A stretch of DNA of 64,000 bases from a virus. Under the pieces are notes generated by a model. The model made no database searches, had not been told where the DNA came from, and saw nothing but the letters and a program-made list of their open reading frames with translations. The position numbers and the translations under genes were made by a program. Location: IMG/VR virus record IMGVR_UViG_3300017527_000761. One strand, given 5' to 3'. The stretch's first letter is position 1. Each line of letters opens with the position of its first letter. Shown piece after piece: positions 8,590-16,657 of the stretch.

Positions 8590-9048
8590 TTAATTAATTC
8601 TTGTACAAACAACTTGCAATGTTTCTGAACGCCAATTGCAAGCAACTTCCCAAGTCAGATAAGTACAATTAAAATTATGTCCGGCGGTATACTTGTAGTT
8701 CACCCCGTAGAGCTTAAAAAATCTAATGTACTTTCCAAAAAGTTGATACAGATTTTCATATGTATCATGATGCATGAGCCTGAAATAATTTAGTTCTTCG
8801 TCCTCGAATGAAAAAATTATATCATCATCACCGTTTATCACTCCAACCCATTCATGCAGGGCTTCCTTACTTGAATCTGTTTTTGCTAGCATGCAAGATA
8901 CATCAAGTTCATATTTCATCAAGTCCTGAGCCTTGTAGAATCTCGGGTAAGCAAGGTTATTAGCTCCAGGGCAACCACATGATACAAGTGAATATATAGT
9001 AAAGAGTAATAAAGCCAAACCATAAGTTAATCTGAGTAAATTTTTCAT
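8590..9048 (-). CDS. putative lipoprotein
   Basis: Signal peptide with lipobox LVSC (MKNLLRLTYGLALLLFTIYSLVSCGC). Confidence 0.55.
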   Translation of the reverse strand: MKNLLRLTYGLALLLFTIYSLVSCGCPGANNLAYPRFYKAQDLMKYELDVSCMLAKTDSSKEALHEWVGVINGDDDIIFSFEDEELNYFRLMHHDTYENLYQLFGKYIRFFKLYGVNYKYTAGHNFNCTYLTWEVACNWRSETLQVVCTRIN

Positions 9049-9293
9049 GACTTACCTCCTGAGTAAGATTGTGCTTCTGAAATACCATCATCTATAAATT
9101 CACGAATTATTTCTTCTGGGATTTTAATGGTTATTTCGTGGGCAAGCCTGTTTCTTTCTTCGTCCGTTAGAGTTGTTGCTATTGTTCTTTCGAAAGACAT
9201 TTTTTCTCGGATACATCCGGACACATCAGTAAAAACAGCTTTGCATACTTTTTCGATTAATCCTCCCTCTCCTTCAAAATCACGACGCTTCAT
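9045..9293 (-). CDS. hypothetical protein (82 aa)
   Basis: ORF. GGAGGA SD. 4-nt overlap with the downstream gene. Confidence 0.4.
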   Translation of the reverse strand: MKRRDFEGEGGLIEKVCKAVFTDVSGCIREKMSFERTIATTLTDEERNRLAHEITIKIPEEIIREFIDDGISEAQSYSGGKS

Positions 9294-9317
9294 AGATCCT
9301 CCTTGTTAATAAAAAAG

Positions 9318-9345
9318 CCGACAAAATATGCCGGCTTAAAAAATT
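9318..9345 (-). terminator. intrinsic terminator hairpin
   Basis: AAGCCGACAAAATATGCCGGCTT flanked by A-runs on plus. Confidence 0.5.
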
Positions 9346-9362
9346 AATTCTCTTTATCTACG

Positions 9363-9376
9363 ATTCTTATACCTAT
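9363..9376 (-). promoter_or_regulatory. conserved motif ATAGGTATAAGAAT overlapping stop of 9373..10206
   Basis: Here the motif precedes, rather than follows, the hairpin+T-run (9318-9345). Confidence 0.4.
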
Positions 9377-10206
9377 AAATAGGAGTAAGTTCCGTAATTG
9401 TGTGTAGTATGCATCATCAAGACACATGTGAAATTTATGATTGCGTGTTTCTCATCGTTCAAGTGAATTACCATTCCATACACATCCGCAACAAATTGAA
9501 AGTTCTCGAACAATATATTCAGGTCTTCGTATTCTATACCTCCATGCCATTCAGCTATATACTCTACAATTGATTTCTGGTAACGTCGTAAGAATTCTCT
9601 AACTGTAATAGTATGTTCTGATGCTGGAATCTTGTTACGAGCAAGTTCTGCAAGTACACTAAAATAAGAATCCCAATGAACTGCGAGTTCTTCGTATTTT
9701 TCTGTCATTAGAGCTTTGGCAGATTCCAAGCTAAACTTTGCACGAGATTTCATAGGACGTTGTGGCACAACAGCATAACCAGAAAAAGTATCAAGTTTTT
9801 TATCTCTGTACTTCCATCGCTTGAGTAATTCCTTCTCTCTCAAGATGATAATTACTTTTTTCATACCACTGTCTACACACACGTACTTATCTTTTTCAAA
9901 TCCTACAACAGCAATCCAATGGCTCCACTTATCTACACAAAGAACAACTGGAAACCCTTCTTTCAAGTTAGATCGCAAATTAAAAAAAGAAGTCTCAGCA
10001 TCAGCACCTTCAGCAATTTCTTCGAAATCACAGTCATAGTAATTTGCTGCTTTTTCGAGCCCAATTTCATCGGTACCTTGCCACCAGGTGCTTCCTGCAA
10101 TCTCTTCTATATCTCGTTCGTCCTCCATCTTCCCGAGCATCACTAGTGCATACTTGAGAGCCAGAGGACCACATTGATAAGTCAAGGGCTGTTTATAAAA
10201 ACTCAT
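9373..10206 (-). CDS. papain-fold cysteine peptidase-like protein (C39-like)
   Basis: Q-x5-CGPLALKYAL (Gln, then Cys-Gly catalytic signature) and a later SHWIAVVG His motif, arranged as in C39/papain-like peptidases. Confidence 0.4.
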   Translation of the reverse strand: MSFYKQPLTYQCGPLALKYALVMLGKMEDERDIEEIAGSTWWQGTDEIGLEKAANYYDCDFEEIAEGADAETSFFNLRSNLKEGFPVVLCVDKWSHWIAVVGFEKDKYVCVDSGMKKVIIILREKELLKRWKYRDKKLDTFSGYAVVPQRPMKSRAKFSLESAKALMTEKYEELAVHWDSYFSVLAELARNKIPASEHTITVREFLRRYQKSIVEYIAEWHGGIEYEDLNILFENFQFVADVYGMVIHLNDEKHAIINFTCVLMMHTTHNYGTYSYL

Positions 10207-10209
10207 TTA

Positions 10210-11106
10210 CTAATATCTCCCGAAATTTATTTGATAAACCATCAAGCCGAGATCTCTCCATAATTCTGTGTTCCGTTCACGATCTTCAAATACCGCAGTT
10301 ACAAAATACTTGTCTTTAATTTTATTTTCATAGATTTCTTTTTTGATATTATAGTCATGTTCATAAGACTGATCTTCTGGCCTCATATATAATTCATCAT
10401 ACTCTATGTTATTATCGGCAAGCCATTTCTTTGTAGCTTCTCTTGAAACTTCACTTCTACCAGTAACTAAAAGTATTGCTGCTTCTGCTCTATGAATAAG
10501 ATCGACAAGAGGCATGTTTGCCATATCATTTGGAATGTGTTCATGATTGAATGGATCACGTCCAGCCTTGTGCAGAGCTAGAGTCTCATCAAGATCCACA
10601 ATAATTGCATCATCAAGATCAGTCTCACCATATTCATTCAGGTACATTTCAGTCTGAATTTGTCTCGGGGGTGCATAGTAATCATCATGTTTTTGAAAAT
10701 TAGAATATAAAAGCCAAAGTTCATTCCAGGGAGCTTCTGGTATTACGCCTATTTCGCGGTGAGTATTATTATACCAGCATACTTCGCTTTCAGTATTTAT
10801 TACATGCTCTCGTACACCTACGTCACCAACTCTTCGAGCAATACGTTGCATCATTGGAAATACATCTGGAGTAAGATTTGTATCGTCTATTACAACATCA
10901 TAGCCCATGTGTAACCAACTCTCAATCGCGTAATTACGTATACGCTTGATAACTTTTTCGTCTTTTGCATTATAGTCACTATTCTGCATCATACTTCTAA
11001 AGTCATCACGATTCAGGCGTTTAGCCTTGTGGTTTTGTACATATAATTTAGCCCATATAGATTTTCCACATCCGGGTGGACCAACCATTACAATAATATC
11101 AGCCAT
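10210..11106 (-). CDS. polynucleotide 5'-kinase / 3'-phosphatase (T4 Pnk-like)
   Basis: N-terminal P-loop VMVGPPGCGKSIWAK. C-terminal HAD-type DxDxT motif IIVDLDETLALH. Domain order as in T4 Pnk. Confidence 0.55.
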   Translation of the reverse strand: MADIIVMVGPPGCGKSIWAKLYVQNHKAKRLNRDDFRSMMQNSDYNAKDEKVIKRIRNYAIESWLHMGYDVVIDDTNLTPDVFPMMQRIARRVGDVGVREHVINTESEVCWYNNTHREIGVIPEAPWNELWLLYSNFQKHDDYYAPPRQIQTEMYLNEYGETDLDDAIIVDLDETLALHKAGRDPFNHEHIPNDMANMPLVDLIHRAEAAILLVTGRSEVSREATKKWLADNNIEYDELYMRPEDQSYEHDYNIKKEIYENKIKDKYFVTAVFEDRERNTELWRDLGLMVYQINFGRY

Positions 11107-11349
11107 TTACTTTTCTCCTCGTTTTCCTGTTGCAGACCTATCTTTTTTGGTCCTAACTCCACGTGCTTCTTGTGAAGTTACAATGATTGATTCTAGTTTA
11201 TTAATTTCGCTAGCAACTCTCTTTTTATCATTATCGTCGAGAGGTCTTTTTTCCTTGAGAGTTTTGCCTGTGCGTTCCATTTCTTTCAAGCGTGCAAGTG
11301 CACTAATTCGACGGTCATTTACACGACCTTTAGAATTTTTTTGTAACAT
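11107..11349 (-). CDS. small basic protein (80 aa)
   Basis: K/R-rich ORF co-oriented with the block. The antisense 108-aa ORF was rejected. Confidence 0.35.
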   Translation of the reverse strand: MLQKNSKGRVNDRRISALARLKEMERTGKTLKEKRPLDDNDKKRVASEINKLESIIVTSQEARGVRTKKDRSATGKRGEK

Positions 11350-11366
11350 TTAAATATATCTCCTTA

Positions 11367-11966
11367 CTATCTTCTGATTAATGACCCTCTTTTGCGTTTT
11401 GCTTCAGCAGCTAAATGGGTTTCCTTGTAACATCTAATTATGTCATGAATGGCTGCTTTTCCAGCATCATTTAGGGTACGAGTGCCTATCCCAGTAAAGG
11501 TATTTAATTCAAAATATTTTTTATCTGGATATGATATATCTATCCAGGATTTATCATATTGATACCATTCTTTTTTTTCTTGATCAAAAAAGAATACAGG
11601 TAAGCCTAGCAGTATTCCGGTTCCAATTGCCCAGGCAGTTCCACCTGCAGGCATAAAATTCTTTCCATCCATTATACCTACACCAAAAACTACTTCAGAA
11701 AATAATGATTGATAGATATCTCTTTGGAGGAATTTGATTATATGTGGGCGCGCGAAAGGTGGGTTACGGTGGATAAGTTTTCCTACTTTACTTACTACAG
11801 AATTAACTTCCTCAAGTTCTTCAAGAGTCAAAATTTTTCGACGGTCAGATGTAGTGGTATGTCCTTCAAATGAGTATGCGATAACTTCTATATCTTCTAT
11901 ATCACACAACTCTTCAAATAACATGTCAGCACCGGACGCACCGCCGGTATAACATTTTATATTCAT
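11367..11966 (-). CDS. SLOG/Rossmann-like protein (DprA/LOG/YpsA-type GGxSGxD motif)
   Basis: N-terminal YTGGASGAD glycine-rich motif as in SLOG-superfamily nucleotide-binding proteins. Low confidence. Confidence 0.3.
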   Translation of the reverse strand: MNIKCYTGGASGADMLFEELCDIEDIEVIAYSFEGHTTTSDRRKILTLEELEEVNSVVSKVGKLIHRNPPFARPHIIKFLQRDIYQSLFSEVVFGVGIMDGKNFMPAGGTAWAIGTGILLGLPVFFFDQEKKEWYQYDKSWIDISYPDKKYFELNTFTGIGTRTLNDAGKAAIHDIIRCYKETHLAAEAKRKRGSLIRR

Positions 11967-12012
11967 TTTTTTACCTAAAATTTAATTGTGGTCGTATTTG
12001 AGTTCTTATACC

Positions 12013-12027
12013 AAATTACCTGATAAT
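12013..12027 (-). promoter_or_regulatory. conserved motif ATTTGGTATAAGAAC
   Basis: Upstream of ATG 11966. Confidence 0.5.
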
Positions 12028-12366
12028 TGTGTTTATATGAGGGATTTTTTTCGCGGGCGCGGAAGCTTTACTGATAGTAATAGTGTTTGTATAATTCAGA
12101 TACATCTGTTCCTTGAGTAATCCAACTTCTCTATGTAAGTTATCGTATTGATCTTGCAAGGCTGAAATAGAAGATTTTTCTAGTTCTAGTTCTTCTTCAT
12201 TCAAGTTCTTATCCAAGACATCTTTATAACTACTTTTTATCAAGTCAAGGCATTTAGCTTGTTGTTTTTGTAAACTTTCCAAGTACTGTATATCCTCTTC
12301 AAGGATCTTTTTACTAAACATTTGAATCTCCTGACTTAGTCCAACTATTAATAATAGGAACTTCAT
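12016..12366 (-). CDS. coiled-coil hypothetical protein
   Basis: ORF. Probable true start at internal Met (about 12321), which avoids overlap with the upstream gene. Confidence 0.4.
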   Translation of the reverse strand: MKFLLLIVGLSQEIQMFSKKILEEDIQYLESLQKQQAKCLDLIKSSYKDVLDKNLNEEELELEKSSISALQDQYDNLHREVGLLKEQMYLNYTNTITISKASAPAKKIPHINTIIR

Positions 12367-12616
12367 TAGCTTTCTTTATGTTAATTTCTAAATTACGCTG
12401 AGCATCTTCTTTATCCTGAATAGTATTTTGAAGCATGGCCTTTATTTTTTCAATTTCATTTACGTCTTCTTCGGTAATAAGTTTTTTCATTAGGTCATTG
12501 ATCTTGACTTGTAAATTATCTTCTATCTTCAAGAAAATAAGATTGTCAATATCTTTATTTCTTCTGTCGTTCAAGAGAAATGTATGTAGTGGATCATATT
12601 TTAAGGAGTTTGCCAT
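12314..12616 (-). CDS. coiled-coil hypothetical protein (100 aa)
   Basis: First gene of the minus block, next to the divergent promoter region. Confidence 0.4.
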   Translation of the reverse strand: MANSLKYDPLHTFLLNDRRNKDIDNLIFLKIEDNLQVKINDLMKKLITEEDVNEIEKIKAMLQNTIQDKEDAQRNLEINIKKANEVPIINSWTKSGDSNV

Positions 12617-12632
12617 ATTTTAATGTGATTAC

Positions 12633-12661
12633 TTGACAATCATTGTAAATATCGCTAAATT
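12633..12661 (+). promoter_or_regulatory. sigma70-like promoter TTGACA-N17-TAAATT in divergent intergenic region
   Basis: TTGACA at about 12633, 17-nt spacer, TAAATT. Lies about 35 nt upstream of the 12695 start. Confidence 0.45.
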
Positions 12662-12694
12662 AAACAAGCGAGATATTTTTTAATATAACTAAAA

Positions 12695-13312
12695 ATGGGT
12701 ACAAATACAATGACAAAACAAGAATTTTCGAGTTTTTGCAAGTTTGCTCAACAAAATAATAGTTTAGCCAGTACAACCGGGCTGGCATTAACTCTGTCAA
12801 AAAAATATAACAAGGCAGTTAAAAATATTGGGAAACGTTATGGCATGTCCCCTAGAACAGTTTCTTCTTATGGCTTGAACAGACGACGAATTTCTTCAGG
12901 CAGTGGAACCTTCGATAGGTATATAGGAGCGATAACAGGACAAGAATCTGGAGGTAGATGGGGAGTAGTTAATAAAACTTCGGGAGCCCTCGGAAGATAC
13001 CAGTTTATGCCGAATACCTTGAAAGGGCTAGGATATAAAGGAAACAGACAACAATTCTTAAGTAGCCCACAACTTCAAAATAAATATATGCACAAGTTTA
13101 CACAACAGAATGCAAGCCAACTTGGGTTTGGTACTGATAGTAATAAATGGACTAGACAGCAGTACAAGTATCTAGCAGCAGCTCATTATGGTGGGGTAGG
13201 CGGAGCAAGAAAACTTATGAAAGGTAATCATCGATACGGTAATACGAATTTTCATGGTAAGACTCCTTATGGCTATGTGAATGATATAGATCGAAGGATG
13301 AAATGGAATTAA
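12695..13312 (+). CDS. lytic transglycosylase (SLT/lysozyme-like domain)
   Basis: GQESGGRW...GALGRYQFMPNTL matches the catalytic Glu-Ser and GxxQxM signature of SLT domains. Confidence 0.65.
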   Translation: MGTNTMTKQEFSSFCKFAQQNNSLASTTGLALTLSKKYNKAVKNIGKRYGMSPRTVSSYGLNRRRISSGSGTFDRYIGAITGQESGGRWGVVNKTSGALGRYQFMPNTLKGLGYKGNRQQFLSSPQLQNKYMHKFTQQNASQLGFGTDSNKWTRQQYKYLAAAHYGGVGGARKLMKGNHRYGNTNFHGKTPYGYVNDIDRRMKWN

Positions 13313-13313
13313 T

Positions 13314-13709
13314 ATGTCAAAAAGTAAAATCACTCAGGAAGAGTTAAAAACCGTAGAAGGAGTGGCTGGGGCCAAGGCAGGACTTACCCTTGCTGCTAAG
13401 ATGGAAATCTTGAAAGCTAAGACATTTGCTATACCAATGGTTTTAGGAAGTGCAGCAGCTATGTTACTTCCTGGTAAAGAAACTGAAAGGAAAGTTAAGA
13501 ATGCAATTAAATTTGTAAAGGAGTCAGAGATGGATAAAGCAACATATGTATTTGAAAAAATGGGTGTGAGCGCTGCGGGTGTAGGTGCAGTTGCTTTAAT
13601 AGCAGGATCACTTGCACCAAAGCCAAGAAAAACTGCAACCAGTATTGCAACCCCGGCAGGTAAAAATATCAAGATGAAAAAAATGATTAATCTACCGAGA
13701 AAAAAATGA
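13314..13709 (+). CDS. membrane protein (2 predicted TM segments)
   Basis: Hydrophobic stretches AIPMVLGSAAAMLLPG and VGAVALIAGSLAP. Confidence 0.45.
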   Translation: MSKSKITQEELKTVEGVAGAKAGLTLAAKMEILKAKTFAIPMVLGSAAAMLLPGKETERKVKNAIKFVKESEMDKATYVFEKMGVSAAGVGAVALIAGSLAPKPRKTATSIATPAGKNIKMKKMINLPRKK

Positions 13710-14044
13710 AAGTAAGATTTACAGCAGAGACTTCGTACGATAGGGCACGGGGCCTGATGTTTAGCAAACCTCTGGCTCAAGATGAAATTGCTGTATTCAA
13801 GTTTGACAACAATACAACTTCAAAATTTTGGAATCGCAATGTCAGTTATCCAATAAAAATTGTGTTCTTTGATAGTGATTTTAATTTAGTTGGTTTAAAG
13901 AATTTAGATGCAGAGCAAACTAATTTAGTGGGTGCACTCAAACCTTACAAGTACGCAGTAGAAATGGCAAATGTTGATTCTGATGCTATGATACTAATAG
14001 ATATAAAAAATTACTTAAAAACCAAGTATGGAAATAAACTATGA
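13706..14044 (+). CDS. DUF192-like protein
   Basis: RARGLMF...PIKIVFFDSDFNLVG pattern typical of the DUF192/COG1430 family. Confidence 0.4.
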   Translation: MKVRFTAETSYDRARGLMFSKPLAQDEIAVFKFDNNTTSKFWNRNVSYPIKIVFFDSDFNLVGLKNLDAEQTNLVGALKPYKYAVEMANVDSDAMILIDIKNYLKTKYGNKL

Positions 14045-14288
14045 AACATTCGAAAATGCCCTTAAAGAGGGGAACTATGAGGATGCTTTTCATATTTTAT
14101 TCAGAATGATAGATAATTTAGATCCAGATTCTATTAAGGCAGATAAGAAATGGACTCATGCAGTACGTAGTAAATCCGACAACAAAAGAATAAAAGCCAT
14201 TGAAAATAAATTTAAGGCTCTTCCTAGAGAAAAGAAGAGAGAAATAGATAATAAATATATAAAAATTTTGGAGTTAACTAGTGGATAA
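14028..14288 (+). CDS. hypothetical protein (86 aa)
   Basis: ORF overlapping its neighbours by a few nt, in operon arrangement. Confidence 0.4.
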   Translation: MEINYETFENALKEGNYEDAFHILFRMIDNLDPDSIKADKKWTHAVRSKSDNKRIKAIENKFKALPREKKREIDNKYIKILELTSG

Positions 14289-14733
14289 ATTATTATTAAA
14301 ATTAGCTGTTACATCAACATCTTTATTAAAAAAAGATCGACCTAATATGGCAAAGACTTTACAAGCATCTGGCTACAAGAAAGTTGATTTAAAAGAATGG
14401 GAAACGAAAGATAAAGAATTGATGAATAAGAACATAGGTAAATACAATAAACAAAAAAATGTAGCTAAAGGCGTACTTGGCACGATGCTTGGAACAATTG
14501 GAGCTGCAGGTGGAGCGGGTATTGGACACATTACCTCTTCAAAACTCTTAGATGGAAAGAAATGGCCTATGGTAGCCGGTGCAGCAGTAGGTGCGGTACT
14601 TGGTGGAGTAGCCGGCTCAAAAAGTATAAATGAAGACGCCATAAAATCAAAATTAACTAAATACAGATTATCTAGAGCAGCAGTAACAGATAAAGCCAGA
14701 AGAGGCAAATATGATTTTTACGTGAAAGATTAA
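14281..14733 (+). CDS. glycine-zipper membrane protein
   Basis: GTMLGTIGAAGGAGIGHI and MVAGAAVGAVLGGVAGS glycine-zipper TM segments. GTG start. Confidence 0.45.
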   Translation: MDKLLLKLAVTSTSLLKKDRPNMAKTLQASGYKKVDLKEWETKDKELMNKNIGKYNKQKNVAKGVLGTMLGTIGAAGGAGIGHITSSKLLDGKKWPMVAGAAVGAVLGGVAGSKSINEDAIKSKLTKYRLSRAAVTDKARRGKYDFYVKD

Positions 14734-15341
14734 TGGATCCATTTTTATTTAACCTTGCCAAGGCTCTCGCTTCAAAAAATGAAGTGCAAGGTAAGTCAAT
14801 TTTAGAGGTGGGTAGTTGTAATGTAAATGGGTCTTTCAAGGCAATTTTTCAGGAACTCGGTCCAAAAAAATACACCGGCGTAGATATTGTTGAGGGCCCA
14901 AATGTAGACCTTGTATGTGATGTTAAAAATATTGTAAAACAGTTTGGTAAAGGAAGTTTTGATATAGTAGTTTGTACAGAAGTAATAGAGCATGTAGAGG
15001 AGTGGAGAATTGCTATCACAAATATGATGGAAGTTTTAAAGATAGGAGGTATTATATATTTAACTTCACGTTCAAGAGGCTTTGGAATACACGGCTATCC
15101 AAGTGATTATTGGAGGTATGAAATAGAAGATATTAAAACCATATTTAGAAAATATGATATTTTAGTACTTCACAAAGATCAATTTCAGGACGATCATTTT
15201 GGATTTTTTTTAAAAGCAGTAAAAATTAATAATAGTTTACCTGATCTTTCTCGACATTGTTTATATAATATAAATACAGATCTCCCAGAAAATACTCTAG
15301 GACTTGAAAATAATAATATAAAGAGAACACTAGAACAATGA
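14733..15341 (+). CDS. SAM-dependent methyltransferase (class I)
   Basis: Motif I ILEVGSCNVNGS and the IVVCTEVIEHVEEW region typical of Methyltransf_11-type enzymes. Confidence 0.55.
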   Translation: MDPFLFNLAKALASKNEVQGKSILEVGSCNVNGSFKAIFQELGPKKYTGVDIVEGPNVDLVCDVKNIVKQFGKGSFDIVVCTEVIEHVEEWRIAITNMMEVLKIGGIIYLTSRSRGFGIHGYPSDYWRYEIEDIKTIFRKYDILVLHKDQFQDDHFGFFLKAVKINNSLPDLSRHCLYNINTDLPENTLGLENNNIKRTLEQ

Positions 15342-16657
15342 CTCCGATAGGAATACCTGATAGAAGTAGATTTTCTAGTATACCAAGTACATCCACTTCT
15401 GGATGGAAAGGAAATATACAATATCATCAGGCAAAGAAAGCTGGACCACACTATGATCTCAGATTAAGTCCACCAGGTTCAAGTGATGCTTTATCGTGGG
15501 CAGTTAGAAATTTTCCCGGTCCGGGACAAAAGACAAAAGCTATCGAACAACCAACTCATGAAAGTTCTTATATGGGTTGGGAAGGTAAGATAGAATCAGG
15601 ATACGGTGCAGGCACAGTAAAAAGTATGTTCTTTGATAAAGTGGAAGTATTAGAATCTAAGTCAGATAAAATATTATTCAATTTATATCGTGGTCAAGGA
15701 GTTTTTAGATATATGTTACTCAAGACTAGTGGTAAAGATTGGCTCCTATATAATTATACAGGACAGACAGGAGAAAAAGTTCCTGACTACAAGCCACACT
15801 ATAAGTCTATTAAAATTGAACAGCTCAAGTCAGATCACAAGGATGAAGTTTGGGCACCGAAGCTAGATGGTGCACATAACACGGTAGTTATACGACCTAA
15901 CAAAAGACTTGATACATACTCATATAGAGTAAGTAAAAAATCTGGAGGCCAAATAGATCATTCATATAGAACAGATCTTTACAAGACTCGTGGACCAGTC
16001 GACCTTGGAAACACAGTTGTTAGAACAGAGTTATATCTTCCAGGTAAAGACTCTTCTACGCTTGGCGGAATTTTAAACTCAAACGTATGGAAAGCGAGAG
16101 ATACTCAAGTTCGAACTGGGAAAGTTAAGCCAGCTATGATAGACATAGTCAAGTTCAGAGGTAAGAATGTAGAAAAAAGTCCGTATGAAGAAAAGCTCAA
16201 GATGTTAAAAGAAATATCAGAAAAAATACCTGAGCTCGAATTACCTCCTTTGGCTTATACACAACAAGAAAAAATGAAACTTAAAAACGATATACTTTCG
16301 GGCAAACACCCGCTAACGCGGGAGGGAGTAGTAGTCTATAAGTTAAAAGAGGCAGTCCCTTACAAATCAAAGTCAAGTGAAGACTTTGACGTTCTAATAA
16401 CTGGAGTGTTCAGTGCTAGTTCCGGCAGCAAGTACGAAGGCAACGCCATCGGAGGGTTCGTTGGAATCCCAGAAAATAGCAAAACCAAGATAAGAGTAGG
16501 ATCGGGGCTTTCTGATGAATTACGAAGAGAAGCCTATTTAAATCCAAATAAATTTATAGGCAATTGGATTAAAGTAAAAGGACAAATGAAATATTCAGGA
16601 ACTGGAAAAATAAGAATGCCAATTTTTAAAGAATTCAGAACGGAGAAGTATAAATAA
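15338..16657 (+). CDS. ATP-dependent polynucleotide ligase with N-terminal LigD-type 3'-phosphoesterase domain
   Basis: N-terminal HYDLRL...SWAV...YMGWEGKIESGYGAGTV matches the LigD PE-domain signature. Ligase motif I WAPKLDGAHN (KxDG) and motif IV REGVVVYK (EGxxxK). Confidence 0.6.
   Translation: MTPIGIPDRSRFSSIPSTSTSGWKGNIQYHQAKKAGPHYDLRLSPPGSSDALSWAVRNFPGPGQKTKAIEQPTHESSYMGWEGKIESGYGAGTVKSMFFDKVEVLESKSDKILFNLYRGQGVFRYMLLKTSGKDWLLYNYTGQTGEKVPDYKPHYKSIKIEQLKSDHKDEVWAPKLDGAHNTVVIRPNKRLDTYSYRVSKKSGGQIDHSYRTDLYKTRGPVDLGNTVVRTELYLPGKDSSTLGGILNSNVWKARDTQVRTGKVKPAMIDIVKFRGKNVEKSPYEEKLKMLKEISEKIPELELPPLAYTQQEKMKLKNDILSGKHPLTREGVVVYKLKEAVPYKSKSSEDFDVLITGVFSASSGSKYEGNAIGGFVGIPENSKTKIRVGSGLSDELRREAYLNPNKFIGNWIKVKGQMKYSGTGKIRMPIFKEFRTEKYK

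Noticed and set aside
9318-9376. Block-A motif copy at 9363 as a standard terminator-then-promoter cassette
   Set aside because: Here the motif overlaps the upstream stop codon and precedes the hairpin+T-run, so transcripts from it would have to read through the hairpin. Kept as a variant copy, not used as support for the general pattern.
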